From assembly GCA_963666285.1 (NCBI GenBank), contig OY762711.1: a stretch of 64,000 bases of DNA, one strand, 5' to 3'. The position numbers and the translations under genes were made by a program. The notes beneath the pieces are model-generated. The model was not told the origin of the DNA, made no database searches, and saw nothing but the letters and a program-made list of their open reading frames with translations. Below are positions 62,601 to 64,000 of the stretch, one piece after another. This DNA comes from Sedimentisphaerales bacterium (GTDB lineage Bacteria > Planctomycetota > Phycisphaerae > Sedimentisphaerales > SM23-30). Position 1 is the stretch's first letter; every line of letters begins with the position of its first letter.

Positions 62601-64000
62601 ATCAGCCGCATAAGGTTGTTCGGCTCCAGTTCCCTCAAGACAGGGAAAACAACCTGGCTTCAACCGGTGATGCTTTTTATCCCGGCGTATTTACTTTCAA
62701 TTTGAGAAGAGGCGAAAGTTCTTTTATTACTGTTTCTGCTGAATCGCTCGCAAAAGCACAAAGTACCTCGCTGCATAGCCTGGAGCAGGGCAATATCCGC
62801 TATTCCAAGGATATCGTTGCCAGGGTCAAGGGCCAGAATGCCCAGCGTGACCCGATTGTGAAACTGCTGGTGGATTCACTTGACCAGTTCCTGATCAAGG
62901 CCGAAGGCTCCTGGCTGCTTGCTGCCGGTCGGCCATGGCTCGGGTGTCGTACCCGCGAATCTCTGCATGCAGTCGGCGGGCTTATTGCTGCCGGACGTGA
63001 TGATGTCGCACGCGATATTATCCTCAAGGCCGCTGCTACCGAACGTAATGGCATGCTCGCAGACTGGCTCAATAGCGGTATCCAGGATCGAAGTTGTGTC
63101 GAAAGCTCTCTCAGGCTGTTTCTTGCCGCCAGAAGCTACGTTCAGTCTACTAACGATGAATCTTTCTGGGACAGCAGTATCGATGGCAATCGGTCGCTGC
63201 GTGAAATTCTCAAAAGTATTTTCCAGAGTTTCACCAAACAGGCTGTTCCTGATAGGGTTGGCATTGATTTTGAAACCGGGATGCTATACTGTCCGGAATG
63301 TCATACCTGGATGGATACAAGATACCCGCAGGCGACCCCGCGTAAAGGCTATCCTATCGAAATACAGGGGCTCTGGTACAGGGCTTTGGGTGTTATTGAC
63401 TGTTTCGATTCACAGCTTACCGGGCATGCCGGCGAAGTTAAGTCTTCTATCAATCGCTATTTTATGGATTTGTTCTGGGACGAACACAATATGTGCCTGG
63501 CTGACGTTGTCGGCGGCCATGGCGATCATTGCGGTGCCACCCTCAGCGGGGGACGCATGGTCGACAATGCCGTACGCTTTAATCAGCTCGCAGCAATCAA
63601 GGCAAAACTTGTACCGGAGGTTAACAGCCGGTATATCATCGAACGGATCAACAGAAAGCTGCTTATCCCCGCTGCGATCCGCTCCCTCAGTGAAGATTCA
63701 CTTGTTGTGCCTCATTGCATTTTTGATGATAAGAACGAGCTGCTCGTTGACCCGCTTCTACCTTATAAAGGTACATATCAGGGCAGCGAGATCGATCGAA
63801 GACTGGCCGCTCATAATGGCGTAGCCTGGCCGTTTGCTTACCCGAGCTTTATCGAGCTTCGTGCTGCTGTCTATGACTATTCGGCTCTTGCCGTCAGGCA
63901 GGCACTCGCATATTTCGAACCGCTCTGGCATGAAATGGCTACCGCTTCAATTGGCTTCATACCTGAAATGAAAGACGGAGATTTTCCGCATCGGCCGCGC
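59612..64000 (+). CDS. Glycogen debranching enzyme: GH13 domain fused to amylo-alpha-1,6-glucosidase (3' partial)
   Basis: Read manually in frame +2: GSPYA, LDMVINHTGW, GVDGFRLDAG, LLEGLGG, AETHDN, then TWMDT...PRKGYPIEIQ.LWY, PEMKDG; no stop before window end. Confidence 0.88.
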   Translation, partial: MPEYTDMINNIEYFPQANRNMVQYSVLHIKIFVHTDPSLKKDDYNVVVRTNLNQAGPIRSQFIDLVETGRSTSTDYYDIVAEYCSDDKSYNCNVLLSDVGFFQFKVRVESSDKQSPWVKWADGENVGISVTPLSYARDNTIYCAFLRNFGYDKEQLVLKNETFENLIKEIESTGAYVIGAGGNFELFKKELPFIIGKLGMKIIHFLPINPIPHSYGRMGMYGSPYATTDYFGIDHTYGTFSRYKTIEDQFIDLTSTIHGMGAKVFLDMVINHTGWASSLLFTHRKWFKTASDQKLISPGAWGVIWGDLVELDYKYKDLWQYIAKVFLAWCERGVDGFRLDAGYMIPVEVWQYIISKVREKFPETMFLLEGLGGPLEVTEQLLTDGMINWAYSELFQNYDKAQLDWYMPYANKVSAQKGVLVNYAETHDNERLAKKGKVYTLMRLYLCAFTAPAGAWGFANGVEWLATEKIDVHRNTGLNWGAEDNLVEEIAEINKILRENPAFWVNGNLNMFDCGNDQVYAFSRWDNSTGNSVVCFINLDTVSPQNISWNIGSWQLENSCCYNELLGQKHKFSEAGDYHLELSPGQCMLFRLEKSDSVYEIKIPALYDTDIAKTRLIYQVLLNKFKPEEVGLIDQEKLLKSVTDLRRFIALVQTSGIKYLTQCDLKAAMDQLSQAVVNEHSTVWNFRKCNKVFMIPGDKWLIAETFMPCTAYLRLAEGADFDINVLSRTECNEDDNVIIQDSIPANKFHHWALFSPMPNNQYAMLSFNWVIEHDRMIQRQRRSEEYPVLSVPGGQKRLSAAKIYPIEIQKEELKPNYQNVTMANIHGSVSQMPALPAKFNTKYDSILSILLDKTSPDQRFSLLRGLLETVQIGQKYFNLDEGFVSSFTRYPNPVWEFVYDDGEYNVVIERSIAMSRTDDTIIIRYKVNKANTDVIVSAKAAIEYRNIHEQFVFDDNGEAEGWLRNSYNIFQDLDGFYFKPTGNTTLNVFTKQGEFVNQPHKVVRLQFPQDRENNLASTGDAFYPGVFTFNLRRGESSFITVSAESLAKAQSTSLHSLEQGNIRYSKDIVARVKGQNAQRDPIVKLLVDSLDQFLIKAEGSWLLAAGRPWLGCRTRESLHAVGGLIAAGRDDVARDIILKAAATERNGMLADWLNSGIQDRSCVESSLRLFLAARSYVQSTNDESFWDSSIDGNRSLREILKSIFQSFTKQAVPDRVGIDFETGMLYCPECHTWMDTRYPQATPRKGYPIEIQGLWYRALGVIDCFDSQLTGHAGEVKSSINRYFMDLFWDEHNMCLADVVGGHGDHCGATLSGGRMVDNAVRFNQLAAIKAKLVPEVNSRYIIERINRKLLIPAAIRSLSEDSLVVPHCIFDDKNELLVDPLLPYKGTYQGSEIDRRLAAHNGVAWPFAYPSFIELRAAVYDYSALAVRQALAYFEPLWHEMATASIGFIPEMKDGDFPHRPR

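Noticed and set aside
62919..63824. 301-aa + strand ORF
   Set aside because: Alternative frame within the debranching enzyme gene; no recognisable motifs

Overview
AT-rich bacterial chromosome segment. The 16S signatures, TIGR02989-type ECF sigma with a FecR-LamG partner, PEP-CTERM protein and dockerin-like C-terminus point to a planctomycete, probably Phycisphaerae/Sedimentisphaerales (inference). 1-14.5 kb is the end of a surface-glycan cluster: Wzy/O-antigen-ligase-like protein, AsnB-type amidotransferase, 5 glycosyltransferases, WcaF-like acetyltransferase, FkbM, 3 radical SAM enzymes, and a methyltransferase broken by one in-frame TGA. 15-31 kb holds an ECF sigma/anti-sigma/secreted-protein module, a VIT-vWA GlyGly-CTERM protein paired with rhombosortase, a TPR membrane protein, an M16 subunit, dksA-like, lspA, tRNA-Tyr and an MMPL transporter. 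31-38 kb holds a stand-alone 16S rRNA gene, dnaA, a DnaA-box cluster, tsaD, a candidate sRNA and alr. 38-64 kb is mixed: orphan methylase, TPR-AAA+ pair, GH92, MgtC, serine hydrolase, tRNA-Leu, B12-binding protein, PEP-CTERM protein, ResB/CcsA, and a >1460-aa GH13+GH133 glycogen-debranching fusion missing from the ORF track because it runs off the window. The most striking observation is that GC skew appears to switch from G-rich to C-rich (terminus polarity) at about the dnaA/DnaA-box locus, with all three stable-RNA genes pointing toward it. Two dispersed structured repeats and a recurrent TAAR-N17-BTTA intergenic motif were also found. No CRISPR array, transposase or prophage was seen.
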